IMG/VR virus record: IMGVR_UViG_3300038461_000101
Location: 1-64,000 of that record
DNA: 64,000 bases
Source: a virus
Direction: 5' to 3' (one strand)
Below the pieces are notes generated by a model. That model searched no databases and had not been told where the DNA came from. It was given only the letters and a program-made list of their open reading frames with translations. The translations under genes were made by a program, and so were the position numbers. Below, in pieces: positions 27,741 through 37,759 of this stretch (position 1 is its first letter; the number at the start of each line of letters is the position of its first letter).

Positions 27741-28600
27741 TGGTTCAGACCGTAGCTATATTGAAGAGCTATAACATCTGGATGCACCAGGCCCCCCGGC
27801 TTCTGGAGAAATATGGCTATACTTTTCCTTCTCCAGTTGGGGTATGGGAGAAACTGACCGGTCCTCTTTGCCCTGAATGCAATGGGTATCCTACCATGGA
27901 AGATAGCAAAGGCAATTGGATTTACTGTGTGTGTGCCTTATCCAGATGGCTGGATACCCATAAGAATGATTGCCAGCTTTTTGAAACTCCAGTTCCTGCA
28001 GTATCTCTTGATGATCTCAAGCCTTTCAGTAATCACAATAGCCCAAAGAAAGGTGAAGAAGATCTCCGGGTCTTGCTTTCCTTCGTGCGCAAATGGATGC
28101 AGAGACCTCGACGCTGGATGTGGATTGAAGGTGGCACTGGTACTGGTAAAAGCCATGTTCTCATGGCAATCAAAACAGCCTTGCCCAAAATAGCTTTCTA
28201 TATTGGGGCTGAAAGGTTTTCATCTGAGTGCTTCCGAACAATGGAGCACAAGGTTCTTACCGAAGGTGGCGATGAAGTTACCCTGGACGATTTCATTACT
28301 CGATTATCCACGGTGCCTATTCTGTTGTTTGATGATTGGGGATTAGAGCATCGAACTTCCTTTGTGACTGACCAACTGGCAGCAGTGATCAACAATCGTG
28401 TCCGGTTCCCGGATGAGTTTGTGACTATTGTTACTTCGAACATGCAGCTTGCCAAACTCCTACATTCTGGAGATCAAGCCATTGAACGGATTGCCAGCCG
28501 AATGAGCGACAGTCAGTATTGCGATTTCTTTACTCTCTCCCAGGCAGATTATCGTCGCCCCACTACTTTCGCAGAAGGGAGTGGGTATGCTCAAAGATAG
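27740..28600 (+). CDS. DnaC/IstB-like AAA+ helicase loader
   Basis: CPEC...CVC, Walker A GGTGTGKS, LLFDDWG, IVTSN, RIASRM. Confidence 0.9.
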   Translation: MVQTVAILKSYNIWMHQAPRLLEKYGYTFPSPVGVWEKLTGPLCPECNGYPTMEDSKGNWIYCVCALSRWLDTHKNDCQLFETPVPAVSLDDLKPFSNHNSPKKGEEDLRVLLSFVRKWMQRPRRWMWIEGGTGTGKSHVLMAIKTALPKIAFYIGAERFSSECFRTMEHKVLTEGGDEVTLDDFITRLSTVPILLFDDWGLEHRTSFVTDQLAAVINNRVRFPDEFVTIVTSNMQLAKLLHSGDQAIERIASRMSDSQYCDFFTLSQADYRRPTTFAEGSGYAQR

Positions 28601-29438
28601 ATCCAGAAAGATCAGTGTTATTGCTGATGCTGTCATCAAAGATACACAGGAAATGATGCAGCATCCAGAGTTATATCGGCCCATCAAAACTCAGCTGGAT
28701 GAGCTGGACAAAGCGATCGGTGGCTTGGTGTTTCCTGCCTATTATGTGATCGGTGGGAAGTGGAAGACCTGTAAGACGATCATCGCTCAGCATCTTGCAA
28801 CCGTTCTGGCCGCATCTGAACGTGGTCGGGTGGATTACTTCATGCTGGAAGAAGTGGCTGAGCAGTTGGGCCTTCGAAGTCTCACCCGGCATACCAGCCA
28901 TGTAACTCGAAACCAGTTCAGAGATCTGAATATTGGTGAGCAGGACTGGAAGGATATTCATACTTCCCGAGCCATGCTGGAGAATATCGACCTATGGGTT
29001 GATGACACCGTGCGCACGGCAGCCGGTATCATTGAGCAAGCCAAGCAGAGAGGATCCAAATATGTCGTGATAGATTACTTGCAGCTCTTAGAAGATAAGT
29101 ATGGGCACTCAGAAGCAGAACGGCTTGAATATGTTTCCAGACTTTTCATTGCTGCTCGTAATACCTTGAAGATCACTTTCATTGTGGTCTACCAAATGAA
29201 TGAGAAGGGTAAGGCGCATGGCACTCGGTCAATCTATCGGGATGCAGACATGGCAATTGAGATCAAGGCCGTGGATGATACTGTGCGTACTGAGAATGTA
29301 GATGGAGTGGTAAGCATCATTGTCTTGCCCTCTCGTATTGCCCCGAGTGGCACCGGAATAATCAATCTTGCTTATTCAGGCTCCCACTCCCGAATAACCA
29401 ATGTCCCTAAACTGGACCCACAACTGGAGTTGATATGA
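28587..29438 (+). CDS. DnaB-like helicase, C-terminal RecA-fold domain only
   Basis: ELDKAIGGL, atypical Walker A GGKWKTCKT, VVIDYLQLL, VYQMN, SIYRDAD. Confidence 0.8.
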   Translation: MLKDRSRKISVIADAVIKDTQEMMQHPELYRPIKTQLDELDKAIGGLVFPAYYVIGGKWKTCKTIIAQHLATVLAASERGRVDYFMLEEVAEQLGLRSLTRHTSHVTRNQFRDLNIGEQDWKDIHTSRAMLENIDLWVDDTVRTAAGIIEQAKQRGSKYVVIDYLQLLEDKYGHSEAERLEYVSRLFIAARNTLKITFIVVYQMNEKGKAHGTRSIYRDADMAIEIKAVDDTVRTENVDGVVSIIVLPSRIAPSGTGIINLAYSGSHSRITNVPKLDPQLELI

Positions 29439-29962
29439 TCCCTGACAATACTGCTATTCGTGAGAAATTCGCTGTCATGGCGAAGGATGAATTTGAGTCC
29501 TACCTTACCTACCTTGACCTGCATTGGGTGGGATGGGACTGTGAAGTGAATGAGCTTTCTGAGGGCTTCAAGGTGGCCTGGAAGTCTCATATCGTGGTAC
29601 CCAATTCCAAGGCACCTGATTCTCATATCGACATTCCCACATCAGGTGTGTTCTATTTCAAGGAAGATGCTACCAAGTTCCACTTCCGCCAGATGTATGC
29701 CATGGTGATCGGCGTTCAGCTACATCCCCGGTCGCCCATGTTCAACTGGATCTTGGAACAAGAGCAAGCCTATCGCTTGCAGGATCCTGATCATGACAAC
29801 ATCCTGGAAGTGGTTCTTCGAAGCGTCCTTACTTCGATGATACTTTCAGGGGTAAGACGACCGGAGATCCTGGGCGCATTCCTGGAGCAGTGCCACTTCG
29901 ATTACAACGTGGCCCGTACCGTGGACATTATGACCAAGGGCAAGCGGTTGAAGAGGCATTGA
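29435..29962 (+). CDS. Hypothetical protein
   Basis: GGAG SD, ATGA overlap. Confidence 0.7.
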   Translation: MIPDNTAIREKFAVMAKDEFESYLTYLDLHWVGWDCEVNELSEGFKVAWKSHIVVPNSKAPDSHIDIPTSGVFYFKEDATKFHFRQMYAMVIGVQLHPRSPMFNWILEQEQAYRLQDPDHDNILEVVLRSVLTSMILSGVRRPEILGAFLEQCHFDYNVARTVDIMTKGKRLKRH

Positions 29963-30387
29963 TGAATAGGCGACAGACTCTTGCCTCTGAGTTGTTCTTG
30001 TTGATTGCTGCTCCCAAGGTCCAGTTCATGCTTTGGAAGTTCAGGTTTCATATCTGGCTGGCTGCCAAAGAATATAGCTGGCAGATGAAGAACCTCAAGA
30101 TAGCAATGAAGGCGGTTGACAACAAACAGGAATTGGAGTCCATTAATCAGCCTAACTGCTTGTATCTGGCAATTAGTGAAGTGGAAGGATCCATCAAGTT
30201 GTCTGGCTTCTACGCCAACAGCGACAAAGAATTTCAGAAAGAATGCCGCAAGGTTCCTGGCATTGCTTTCATGATCATCTCTCTTGCCAATCTGCGAACA
30301 CAGTTGATTGACAATTACTTCCGAAGAAAGTCCGTCGATTTTCAGAGAGAGCAGATGGCAAAGAATGGTGGCTTTTACGTGCATTAG
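29962..30387 (+). CDS. Hypothetical protein
   Basis: GAGG SD, TGATG coupling. Confidence 0.65.
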   Translation: MNRRQTLASELFLLIAAPKVQFMLWKFRFHIWLAAKEYSWQMKNLKIAMKAVDNKQELESINQPNCLYLAISEVEGSIKLSGFYANSDKEFQKECRKVPGIAFMIISLANLRTQLIDNYFRRKSVDFQREQMAKNGGFYVH

Positions 30388-30395
30388 GAGATCCT

Positions 30396-30653
30396 ATGGA
30401 TATGACTGAATTGCAAGTGCTCAAAGGTGTGTATGACCATATCTCGATGCGCCGGATCAGCGTGTTGATTGGCAAAACATTGAGAACGGTTCAACGGCTC
30501 TGTTTCCAATTGGAAAAAGAAGGGTACATCAGTAATCCTTGGAAGCCAGGGGAGCCTCGGGTAGCTGTGGCTCGAACCCTGACAGCCAAGGGGAAGTTGG
30601 TATTGGCCCAGGAAGGGCTGATCCCTTACGAGAAATCCAATGGAAGCCGATAG
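30396..30653 (+). CDS. Winged-helix DNA-binding protein
   Basis: SMRRISVLIGKTLRTVQRLCFQLEKEGYI...RTLTAKG. Confidence 0.75.
   Translation: MDMTELQVLKGVYDHISMRRISVLIGKTLRTVQRLCFQLEKEGYISNPWKPGEPRVAVARTLTAKGKLVLAQEGLIPYEKSNGSR
30503..30516. repeat. TTCCAATTGGAA palindrome copy 5 (14 bp)
   Basis: Exact match inside the winged-helix gene. Confidence 0.85.
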
Positions 30654-31083
30654 TATTACCAGCCTTACTCAGCATGTCTCTTTACTTGTTCCTGACAAGG
30701 AATGGTTTGAGCGGGGCTGTAGAATGGCTGTAGCCAGGATTGAGCAGACAATCGCCAAGGAAATGTTTGAAGAACTCAAACGGACCCAAGGCCGATGTGT
30801 ATTAGAGTATGTAATTGAGTCCTGGGATGATTATGCTGCTGCCTGCAGAGTTTTCAAAGGCCATTATCAGATCGTGGTATTGGCTCCTCATCAAATTCAA
30901 CTGCCAACCTTCGTCTACCTTGACCACAATGGGGAAGAAGAATGGAAGTGTCCTTATTGTGGTGCCATCAACAAAATGACCGCAACTTATTGCGGTGAGA
31001 AGCATGAACACGCTCATGGGTGTGGACACCCAAGAGAGAAAGAGAGATTTGCCGGTGAATACGCAAGCTTACATGCTGGATGA
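30640..31083 (+). CDS. Hypothetical protein with C-terminal zinc ribbon
   Basis: WKCPYCGAIN...C...GCG. Confidence 0.65.
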   Translation: MEADSITSLTQHVSLLVPDKEWFERGCRMAVARIEQTIAKEMFEELKRTQGRCVLEYVIESWDDYAAACRVFKGHYQIVVLAPHQIQLPTFVYLDHNGEEEWKCPYCGAINKMTATYCGEKHEHAHGCGHPREKERFAGEYASLHAG

Positions 31084-31459
31084 AGAAGTAAAACAGTTCG
31101 TAATCAGTTGTCGTCGTCGGGCTCGTGTCAACAATGATCCTGGTAAGTGCACCTGGAAGCAACGTACCTGTTTGCTTCTAACAATTGAAGCTGCTTTGAT
31201 CGACCCGAAGAATCGGGATAGAGTGCTGTCGGCCATCACTGGTCTTGACATCAAATCACAGAACCAGCTCACGTTCTGGTATCACTCGGTCCTTATTGAC
31301 GAGACAAAGGATGGTAAAGCAGATGGAATCCTCGGACGCATTGAGGCAGTTGTTACACAGTACCCTGTCCAACAGGCGTACAAAATATATCCCTGGGATC
31401 GGCCCGGTATTGATCTGCCCGTTCTGCAGCAAGCCAATTCGCAAGGGGCAAATCTATGA
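31055..31459 (+). CDS. Hypothetical protein
   Basis: Operon packing. Its 3' part overlaps the next ORF. Confidence 0.5.
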   Translation: MNTQAYMLDEEVKQFVISCRRRARVNNDPGKCTWKQRTCLLLTIEAALIDPKNRDRVLSAITGLDIKSQNQLTFWYHSVLIDETKDGKADGILGRIEAVVTQYPVQQAYKIYPWDRPGIDLPVLQQANSQGANL

Positions 31460-31796
31460 CATGCACGAGGGACTCATATCGAGAGGCCAGGTTCAGAAAT
31501 CGAATAACCCGGATCTCATATTCCATCCCTGTAATCTGGTTTTTAGGCATCACAATAGTCAACGCTGTTACCATACTGGCGGTGTGGGTGGTGATGAGGG
31601 CTTTCAGATTAGTGCCGTCTATCTGGTAGAGTACGAAGGAATGGAAAAAGTCAGGGACTGGCTCTATTCGCTGATCCCTGAGTTTGAAGTGGTGGCAGCT
31701 CAGGCGTTTCGCCGGTTCAACCTGCTATATCCGATGAAATCATCGGTATATCAGATGCCTCATGAGTTTCATGATGCTCATGGGAAACCAGCTTAG
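31311..31796 (+). CDS. HNH-like zinc-binding protein
   Basis: CPFC...DMHE...FHPCNL..RHH...C.H. Confidence 0.55.
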   Translation: MVKQMESSDALRQLLHSTLSNRRTKYIPGIGPVLICPFCSKPIRKGQIYDMHEGLISRGQVQKSNNPDLIFHPCNLVFRHHNSQRCYHTGGVGGDEGFQISAVYLVEYEGMEKVRDWLYSLIPEFEVVAAQAFRRFNLLYPMKSSVYQMPHEFHDAHGKPA

Positions 31797-31822
31797 GCTG
31801 TGGTTCTGAAGGAGAGTAGAGC

Positions 31823-32407
31823 ATGTTCAATTTCAAGCCGAAGGATACAAATAAGCCAGCAAAGAAGGTCCCCTTCTTCGAGGATGCTACAGCTGCCAAT
31901 GGTTGGGCTGGCATCAACACTGGCAAAAGCATTGATACACTCAAGTCAGAGATCATTTCTGCCATGAGCAAATTGGGAGGCTTGGTAACAGGCTTCGAAC
32001 TTGGTACCTGGGGCACCCCGGATGTTCTTCGAGAGGGCTACAGGATCCATTATGTGGTGGAATCTCCTGATGGGCATCATGTCCCTGGTTACATTGATGT
32101 AGCCGGTCTTCCAATCAAGCCGGTAGAAAGATATGACAATAGGCGCAGACGCACTACAGAACAGAAGCAGGAGGATGCTCTCAAGGCCGCTCTCTGGAAT
32201 GTGAAGGAATGCCTTGATCATATGTGGAAGCTGCAGTTGCTTTCACCGGGGTTTGCTGCATTGATGCCCTTCATGATTGCCACGAAGGGCGTAAACTTGA
32301 CTCAGCTTTGGAGTGAAACTTCAACCATGAAGCCACTCTTGCCTATGGCAGATGACTTCAAGGCTGAGACCGGAGATATTATTGATGGTCAAGTAAAGGA
32401 TATGTAA
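31823..32407 (+). CDS. Hypothetical protein
   Basis: AAGGAG SD. Confidence 0.75.
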   Translation: MFNFKPKDTNKPAKKVPFFEDATAANGWAGINTGKSIDTLKSEIISAMSKLGGLVTGFELGTWGTPDVLREGYRIHYVVESPDGHHVPGYIDVAGLPIKPVERYDNRRRRTTEQKQEDALKAALWNVKECLDHMWKLQLLSPGFAALMPFMIATKGVNLTQLWSETSTMKPLLPMADDFKAETGDIIDGQVKDM

Positions 32408-32408
32408 G

Positions 32409-32609
32409 ATGAGTAAAAAATCTTTGCAGGTATTTGAACAAAAGGATTTGATATTGCCTACTTTGCATTTGTCAAAGCCCTGTCACATTTCGATTTCTCT
32501 TTCTCGTACACGAATCTATCTCACAATTGGTCCTCGTGATTGGGAGTGGGATAGGCAGACTGGAGAATTGATTGGAGCAGGTACTTCTTTGGTATCGGAG
32601 AATAGATGA
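32409..32609 (+). CDS. Hypothetical protein
   Basis: Operon packing. Confidence 0.55.
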   Translation: MSKKSLQVFEQKDLILPTLHLSKPCHISISLSRTRIYLTIGPRDWEWDRQTGELIGAGTSLVSENR

Positions 32610-32833
32610 TGACAAACAATACACCCAGGAAAGCCCGAGATACCAAAAGGGTTTTCCTGTCTACTACGATCGTATGCCCTGTGTGTGGAAAGATGATCGA
32701 CAAACTCCCTTCGGGGATGCAAGAAGCAATCTCTGATCGTGACCGGCTGATCTGTAACCATTGTGATGAGAATATCATCGTGCGGGTTATGGGTGGTCAG
32801 CACTGGACCAGAGAAGAAGCACCCGAGTATTAG
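32606..32833 (+). CDS. Small zinc-ribbon protein
   Basis: CPVC...CNHC. Confidence 0.6.
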   Translation: MMTNNTPRKARDTKRVFLSTTIVCPVCGKMIDKLPSGMQEAISDRDRLICNHCDENIIVRVMGGQHWTREEAPEY

Positions 32834-33391
32834 ATGGCAACCGGGGATGTCCATCTCAAAGCTATTACCAGAGCAATCATCCCTGTCTGGATGGTTGCAG
32901 GTATATTCTTGGTTTTGATACAGAACTGGACTCCCTGTTTTGTTTCCCTGGGCTTATTCTTTCTGGTCTGTCGATATGTGGATCCCGATATGGACTCTTT
33001 CTCTACACTGGCTGCCGAATGGCGCATCAAAAGAGAATTGAATTTGCTTGGTGTATACATGGCCGGTTGGTGGACTATCTATGCGGCTCAGATGGATTGG
33101 ATCCTACGAAAAGGAAGCCATCGAAGTTGGTTGACCCATTCCATCCTTCCCGGTACTTTGACCAGAGTGATCTGGTTCGATCTTCCCTTTGTATTTCCAA
33201 TGGCCTGGCTGAGCAATAAGTATCCCTGGGTGATAGCCAATATTTACCCGGCAATTCCACAGGTTTTGCTTGGACAGTTCCTTGCTTTCGCAATTGGTGA
33301 TATGATACATCTGTATCTGGATGATATGCTACCATTCTTCAGATACCACAAAGAGGAAAACCATAATGAATTTACCAATCATAGGAAATGA
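32834..33391 (+). CDS. Membrane metal-binding protein (DUF2227/YdjM-like hydrolase)
   Basis: M.TG.VH, DPDMD, HRSWLTHS and HLYLD motifs with TM segments. Confidence 0.8.
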   Translation: MATGDVHLKAITRAIIPVWMVAGIFLVLIQNWTPCFVSLGLFFLVCRYVDPDMDSFSTLAAEWRIKRELNLLGVYMAGWWTIYAAQMDWILRKGSHRSWLTHSILPGTLTRVIWFDLPFVFPMAWLSNKYPWVIANIYPAIPQVLLGQFLAFAIGDMIHLYLDDMLPFFRYHKEENHNEFTNHRK

Positions 33392-34301
33392 AGATGAAAC
33401 ACTTGTCCAAGCTGAACTTGTTCGTATGGAAGGCCACGAACAGATCTATCGGCGCACCCATCCGTTTCCCGAGCCTAAGAGACTTAGTTTTCTTCGGGAT
33501 TTGGGCATTGAAGCGGTCTCTACTTTCCTGTCTGGCGTTGGCGGTCTGGTTCTGGCTGGTGTTCGTACTGCTACCGTGTTTTACCTCTCTGAGGCAAACC
33601 TATTATCTACCTATACTATTGCCGGTGCTTTCGCTGCTGGCTTCAAGGCGGCAGCTCCTGGAGTGGCTACGGTATCCGCCCTTCTCGCTGTAGAAGGGAC
33701 ACTGTTTGCCAAGGGATTGAAAGCCGGTCGACTCAAGGGGGAAAGCAAGAATGCAAAATGGGACATGATCTTTGCCTTTGCAATATCTCTCATCGCTGGT
33801 GTGATCTCATCCACGACACTGGTCAGGAATGTGCCTGATGTACTGGCAACTTTCTTGAGCTGGTCACTGGTGATCATCACAGGCTTTGGGGCAACTGTAC
33901 TGGCCTACTATGGGGCTGAGAACCTGGGTTCAATCTTTCATACCTGGGGCGACATGCTTACAGCTGCTCAGCTTGAGTTTGAAGCAGTGGAAGCAGAGTG
34001 GTTTTCCAAGATGCAGAATGACTATCGCAATAAGGGTCGGACTGCCATCTTTGGGCTTGAGAAATATAGTGCCAAGAAAGGAGATGACGAAGTACCCGTT
34101 GAAAGAGAAGTAGATCAAGGCGTAATTGATACTGTGCGTATTTGGCTTGCTGATAATGGTTTGAATGCCTCGCAAGTTGGTGGCAACCGGGATATGTATT
34201 CGGTAACTCCATCCGACATTGCCCGGGCCTGTAATTTGAAATCTGATTCTGTTCGTCCAGCCCTCTTCCGGCTTCGGAAGATGGAAACTCAAGCAACTTA
34301 G
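33366..34301 (+). CDS. Multi-TM membrane protein with C-terminal HTH
   Basis: About four hydrophobic segments, then TPSDIARACNLKSDSVRPALFRL. Confidence 0.7.
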   Translation: MNLPIIGNEDETLVQAELVRMEGHEQIYRRTHPFPEPKRLSFLRDLGIEAVSTFLSGVGGLVLAGVRTATVFYLSEANLLSTYTIAGAFAAGFKAAAPGVATVSALLAVEGTLFAKGLKAGRLKGESKNAKWDMIFAFAISLIAGVISSTTLVRNVPDVLATFLSWSLVIITGFGATVLAYYGAENLGSIFHTWGDMLTAAQLEFEAVEAEWFSKMQNDYRNKGRTAIFGLEKYSAKKGDDEVPVEREVDQGVIDTVRIWLADNGLNASQVGGNRDMYSVTPSDIARACNLKSDSVRPALFRLRKMETQAT

Positions 34302-34313
34302 AAGGAGGTTGTT

Positions 34314-34601
34314 ATGTCAATTGGTGATGTCCCTGTAGCAGGTCGTGATACACAATACAGTCAGGCATTGGGCGAGTTGGGTGAAACAATTTCTCAGCTC
34401 CTGCAGACACGTGATGAAATGGAGAAGCGATTACAGCGAGTTATGCGCCCCGCTCCCGCCAATGGCAATCTCATTGAAACAGGTCCTGCTACACCTCCTG
34501 TGCCAATGGCTCCATTTGTGCTTGACATCAAAGAACAAACTGGTCGCATCAAGCAGGTGATCAGTCAAATGAGAGCGATGATGTCGCTCATCGAGATCTA
34601 A
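34314..34601 (+). CDS. Hypothetical coiled-coil protein
   Basis: GGAGGT SD. Confidence 0.7.
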   Translation: MSIGDVPVAGRDTQYSQALGELGETISQLLQTRDEMEKRLQRVMRPAPANGNLIETGPATPPVPMAPFVLDIKEQTGRIKQVISQMRAMMSLIEI

Positions 34602-34612
34602 TCAAGGAGGTT

Positions 34613-35500
34613 GTGATGCCTAAAAAAGATGATAAGAACGAAGTGCTAGAAGGTCAGGTTGCTGATGTTCCGGGATCTGAACCACCGGAGCCCGAAGTTC
34701 CAACTGAAGCAAGTATCAAGCCAGACATGGTGAATGTAAAAAATAACGAGATCGTTCCCCATGGAGCAAATGATATTCCAATTCCCAAGGGTGCTACTCC
34801 TTTGGAGATGGTCAAGGTCGAAACCATTGGCACCTTGAAGCTAAGTGCACATGCTGAAGAAGTGCTCAATCGTAAGATGGAGCCGGAAATAGTGTGCATC
34901 CGACCAAACGATGGCATTCTCTATATGCCATGGACGTTCTATGCTTCCCGGCTAAACGAGGCTTTTGGTATTGGACATTGGGGCTTGATGCCACAGGGAT
35001 CCCCTCAGATAACCAAGCAAAGTCCCAAGCAGGATCTTGTGGTTTGGGGATTTGCTCTCTTTGTCGAAGGAATCTTCATCAGCTTTGCCATTGGCGAGAT
35101 GTCCTACAATACGACAAATGCTAAGATGTCCTATGCAGATGCTGCCGAAGGTGCCAAAAGTAATTCCCTGGCCCGTAACTGCAAGAACTTGGGTATGACA
35201 CTTGAGTTATGGGATAAGGAATGGTGCGAAGAATGGAAAAGGAAATTCGCAAGGAAAAATGGTGATGATTGGGTCAGGCAGATACCCAAGAAGCCAGTCG
35301 ATACTATAGCTACCGTGAAGGCATTATGGATTGCCCAGGCCATTGATAAGGGTATCCTGATTGACCGCAAGGATGAAGGTGGCTTCAAGATCCTGACTAC
35401 CTTATTGGGTGAGACCTACACCAAATTGAGTGATGAAAATCTGGCCGCCAATAAGAAGGCTGGCCTTGAGTTGATCGCCGGGTGGAAACCTTCGCTCTAG
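34613..35500 (+). CDS. Rad52/Mgm101-like single-strand annealing protein
   Basis: RPNDGILYMP...Y..RLNEAFG.G.W...A.EGAKSNSLARNCK.LG..LELWD. Confidence 0.8.
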   Translation: MMPKKDDKNEVLEGQVADVPGSEPPEPEVPTEASIKPDMVNVKNNEIVPHGANDIPIPKGATPLEMVKVETIGTLKLSAHAEEVLNRKMEPEIVCIRPNDGILYMPWTFYASRLNEAFGIGHWGLMPQGSPQITKQSPKQDLVVWGFALFVEGIFISFAIGEMSYNTTNAKMSYADAAEGAKSNSLARNCKNLGMTLELWDKEWCEEWKRKFARKNGDDWVRQIPKKPVDTIATVKALWIAQAIDKGILIDRKDEGGFKILTTLLGETYTKLSDENLAANKKAGLELIAGWKPSL

Positions 35501-35509
35501 GCGAGTAAT

Positions 35510-35521
35510 TTCCAATTGGAA
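35510..35521. repeat. TTCCAATTGGAA palindrome copy 6 (intergenic)
   Basis: Exact match, overlapping a TGGAAGAT...ATCTTCCA hairpin. Confidence 0.85.
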
Positions 35522-35561
35522 GATAGGGGGATCTTCCATCTTATTATGAGAGGAGCACATT

Positions 35562-35933
35562 ATGTTGGACCATGTATCTTTTGACGGTTTGGTTGTGGCC
35601 GGTTCTACCAGATGGTCGAAGCACAAGACAAACTTCACCGTGTCTGGTGATTATGCCGCTTGTCCAGAGATTGAGTCTCAGTCCCTGGCACAGTACAAGC
35701 GTTCTGAAACTGCAGTGCATGTGACAGTCTTTGTCTCTGAAAACGAGAAGATTGAATGTGACGCTTACATCGCTACAGTAGCCACTGACTGGATCCAGGA
35801 CAAGACCAAGGTTACTTTCTCGGTCTCTGGTACCAAGAAGTTCGAAGGATCTGCCAGCGTCCTGGGCACCTGGGATGAGAAGGAAGTGCCAGTAACTGTT
35901 ACGATCGAACCTCTTCAGAAGGCATTGGTATGA
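35562..35933 (+). CDS. Hypothetical beta-rich protein
   Basis: GAGGAG SD. Confidence 0.7.
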   Translation: MLDHVSFDGLVVAGSTRWSKHKTNFTVSGDYAACPEIESQSLAQYKRSETAVHVTVFVSENEKIECDAYIATVATDWIQDKTKVTFSVSGTKKFEGSASVLGTWDEKEVPVTVTIEPLQKALV

Positions 35934-36721
35934 GCTACGGTCTGATCTATGAGCCTCGGGGTGCCGCCCGGGAATATGCTCAGCTGGCCTGTAATGTCTA
36001 CCATGGTTGCGAACATGGGTGCCGATATTGTTTCGGCCCCAATGTTCTGCGCCAGGAGAAAACCACATTCCACGAACAGGCTGGAGAACGTCCCAACTTC
36101 CTTGTGCAATTGAAGAAGGATGCTGCAAGGTTACGCGATCAAGGTGTGAAGGGTCAGGTGCATCTTTGCTTTACCACGGATCCTTACCAGCCAATGGATG
36201 TGAAGCTCGGAATTACTCGAAGCACGATTGAAGTTCTCCATGCAAATGGTTTCAGTGTAGCCATCTTGACCAAGGGAGGTAGTAGATCCCTGAAGGACAT
36301 TGATTTGTTTGGCCCCACTGATGCCATGGCAGCCACGATTACCTATGCTAGGGATGAGGACAGTCTGCGCGAAGAACCCAATGCTGCTCTCCCACAGGAT
36401 CGTCTGGATGCTCTGAAGATATTCCATAATGCCCATGTTCCCACATGGATCTCCTGTGAACCAGTCCTGGACCCCAAGCAGACCTTGTATTGCATTGAAC
36501 TGATGCACTATTGGGTGGACCATGTGAAGGTTGGAAAACTCAACCATGATCCCAAGCGGGAAGCCACGATTGACTGGTACAAGTTTGCCAAGAATGCAGT
36601 GAAATTACTGGAACGCCTGGGCTATAAGCGCATTCTGGATCCGGATGATGCAGTCAGGGCCACCAATGATAACCGAACTTTCTATGTGAAGTCCGGGCTT
36701 GTCAAATTTCTGGAGGCTTAG
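35930..36721 (+). CDS. Radical SAM protein (spore photoproduct lyase-like/DNA repair subgroup)
   Basis: NVYHGCEHGCRYCF, TDPYQP, ILTK, S.EP. Confidence 0.85.
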   Translation: MSYGLIYEPRGAAREYAQLACNVYHGCEHGCRYCFGPNVLRQEKTTFHEQAGERPNFLVQLKKDAARLRDQGVKGQVHLCFTTDPYQPMDVKLGITRSTIEVLHANGFSVAILTKGGSRSLKDIDLFGPTDAMAATITYARDEDSLREEPNAALPQDRLDALKIFHNAHVPTWISCEPVLDPKQTLYCIELMHYWVDHVKVGKLNHDPKREATIDWYKFAKNAVKLLERLGYKRILDPDDAVRATNDNRTFYVKSGLVKFLEA

Positions 36722-36952
36722 ATGGATACCGGTGATGGAAGATTTGCTCCTCTGCAAGTACCTGAAAGCGCAGACAAGCTCTTGGCCGAGCAACAACTTC
36801 GAATAGCTCAGGAAGCATTGGAGGCGCAGTTTACGGGTCACGGTGGATGGTTTCAGGTTGGCGAAATTGTTGTGATCAAAGATAGTCGGTTCCGGGTGAA
36901 GTCAATCAAACCAACCGAACTCCGATTGAAGTTGCTTCCGAAGGAGGGATGA
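36722..36952 (+). CDS. Hypothetical protein
   Basis: GGAGG SD. Confidence 0.65.
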   Translation: MDTGDGRFAPLQVPESADKLLAEQQLRIAQEALEAQFTGHGGWFQVGEIVVIKDSRFRVKSIKPTELRLKLLPKEG

Positions 36953-37353
36953 TGCCAATCAAACCGAAGGGTATTGTTACTCGAAGTAATGACCCCAAAG
37001 AAGGCTTTGCCAAGATAGGAGAGCCTCAGGTTCAGATCGTGGCCTGGTGTCCGGACAAATATGCCAAAGTTCCTCCCACTCAGGTTCACTTCATCATGCA
37101 CTGGCCGGTCGAACTCTCTGACCTACCTCCGCTGGTCATTCGCTTCAAAGGCCCGGATACTCTTGGTTTCTTCATCGAAGAACTGATGAAGTATCGCCGG
37201 ACTGTATGGCCTAATTGTGAAAAAGTGACCGGAGAGCAATCCCCGGCCTCACTTGAAATGGAACTGCCAGAAGTATGTAATTGCGGTAAACCTTATCCAC
37301 ATTCTGGCTATTGTCCATTCTGTGGAACCCATCGAAGGGAAGGTGCTGGATGA
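36949..37353 (+). CDS. Hypothetical protein with C-terminal zinc ribbon
   Basis: GGAGG SD, CNC...CPFC. Confidence 0.65.
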   Translation: MMPIKPKGIVTRSNDPKEGFAKIGEPQVQIVAWCPDKYAKVPPTQVHFIMHWPVELSDLPPLVIRFKGPDTLGFFIEELMKYRRTVWPNCEKVTGEQSPASLEMELPEVCNCGKPYPHSGYCPFCGTHRREGAG

Positions 37354-37724
37354 GTTTCTTTCATAAGCATTCCTGGAAACTTACCATCTATGTCTATTCC
37401 CGGGAAAAGCGTATGGTTCGGGAATGTTATCACTGTCCTGTTGTGCAGTCAGAAGTAGTTGATCGACGTACCGGCCAACGCAGATGGATAGATGGTGATG
37501 TGTGGTCAAGGAATGATACGGTCTATATCGTCTGCGAAAATGAGCAGCAATACCATGCTGTAGCCAACCAGATTGGAATTTTCAATCACCAACGATGTGC
37601 TCGGTTGATCAGTACCGATATGCTCCGAGGAATGCGAGACCCCATCATTATCTTTGCAGGACAGTGGTGGGAGAATGAAATCATCCAGGATCCGTACTTC
37701 ACGGCCATCCTGAATGGGTTATAA
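37350..37724 (+). CDS. Hypothetical protein
   Basis: ATGA overlap, H.H.W...C..C. Confidence 0.65.
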   Translation: MSFFHKHSWKLTIYVYSREKRMVRECYHCPVVQSEVVDRRTGQRRWIDGDVWSRNDTVYIVCENEQQYHAVANQIGIFNHQRCARLISTDMLRGMRDPIIIFAGQWWENEIIQDPYFTAILNGL

Positions 37725-37759
37725 TGCAGCCAATCAGACAGAGAAAAGGAGAATAGAGT

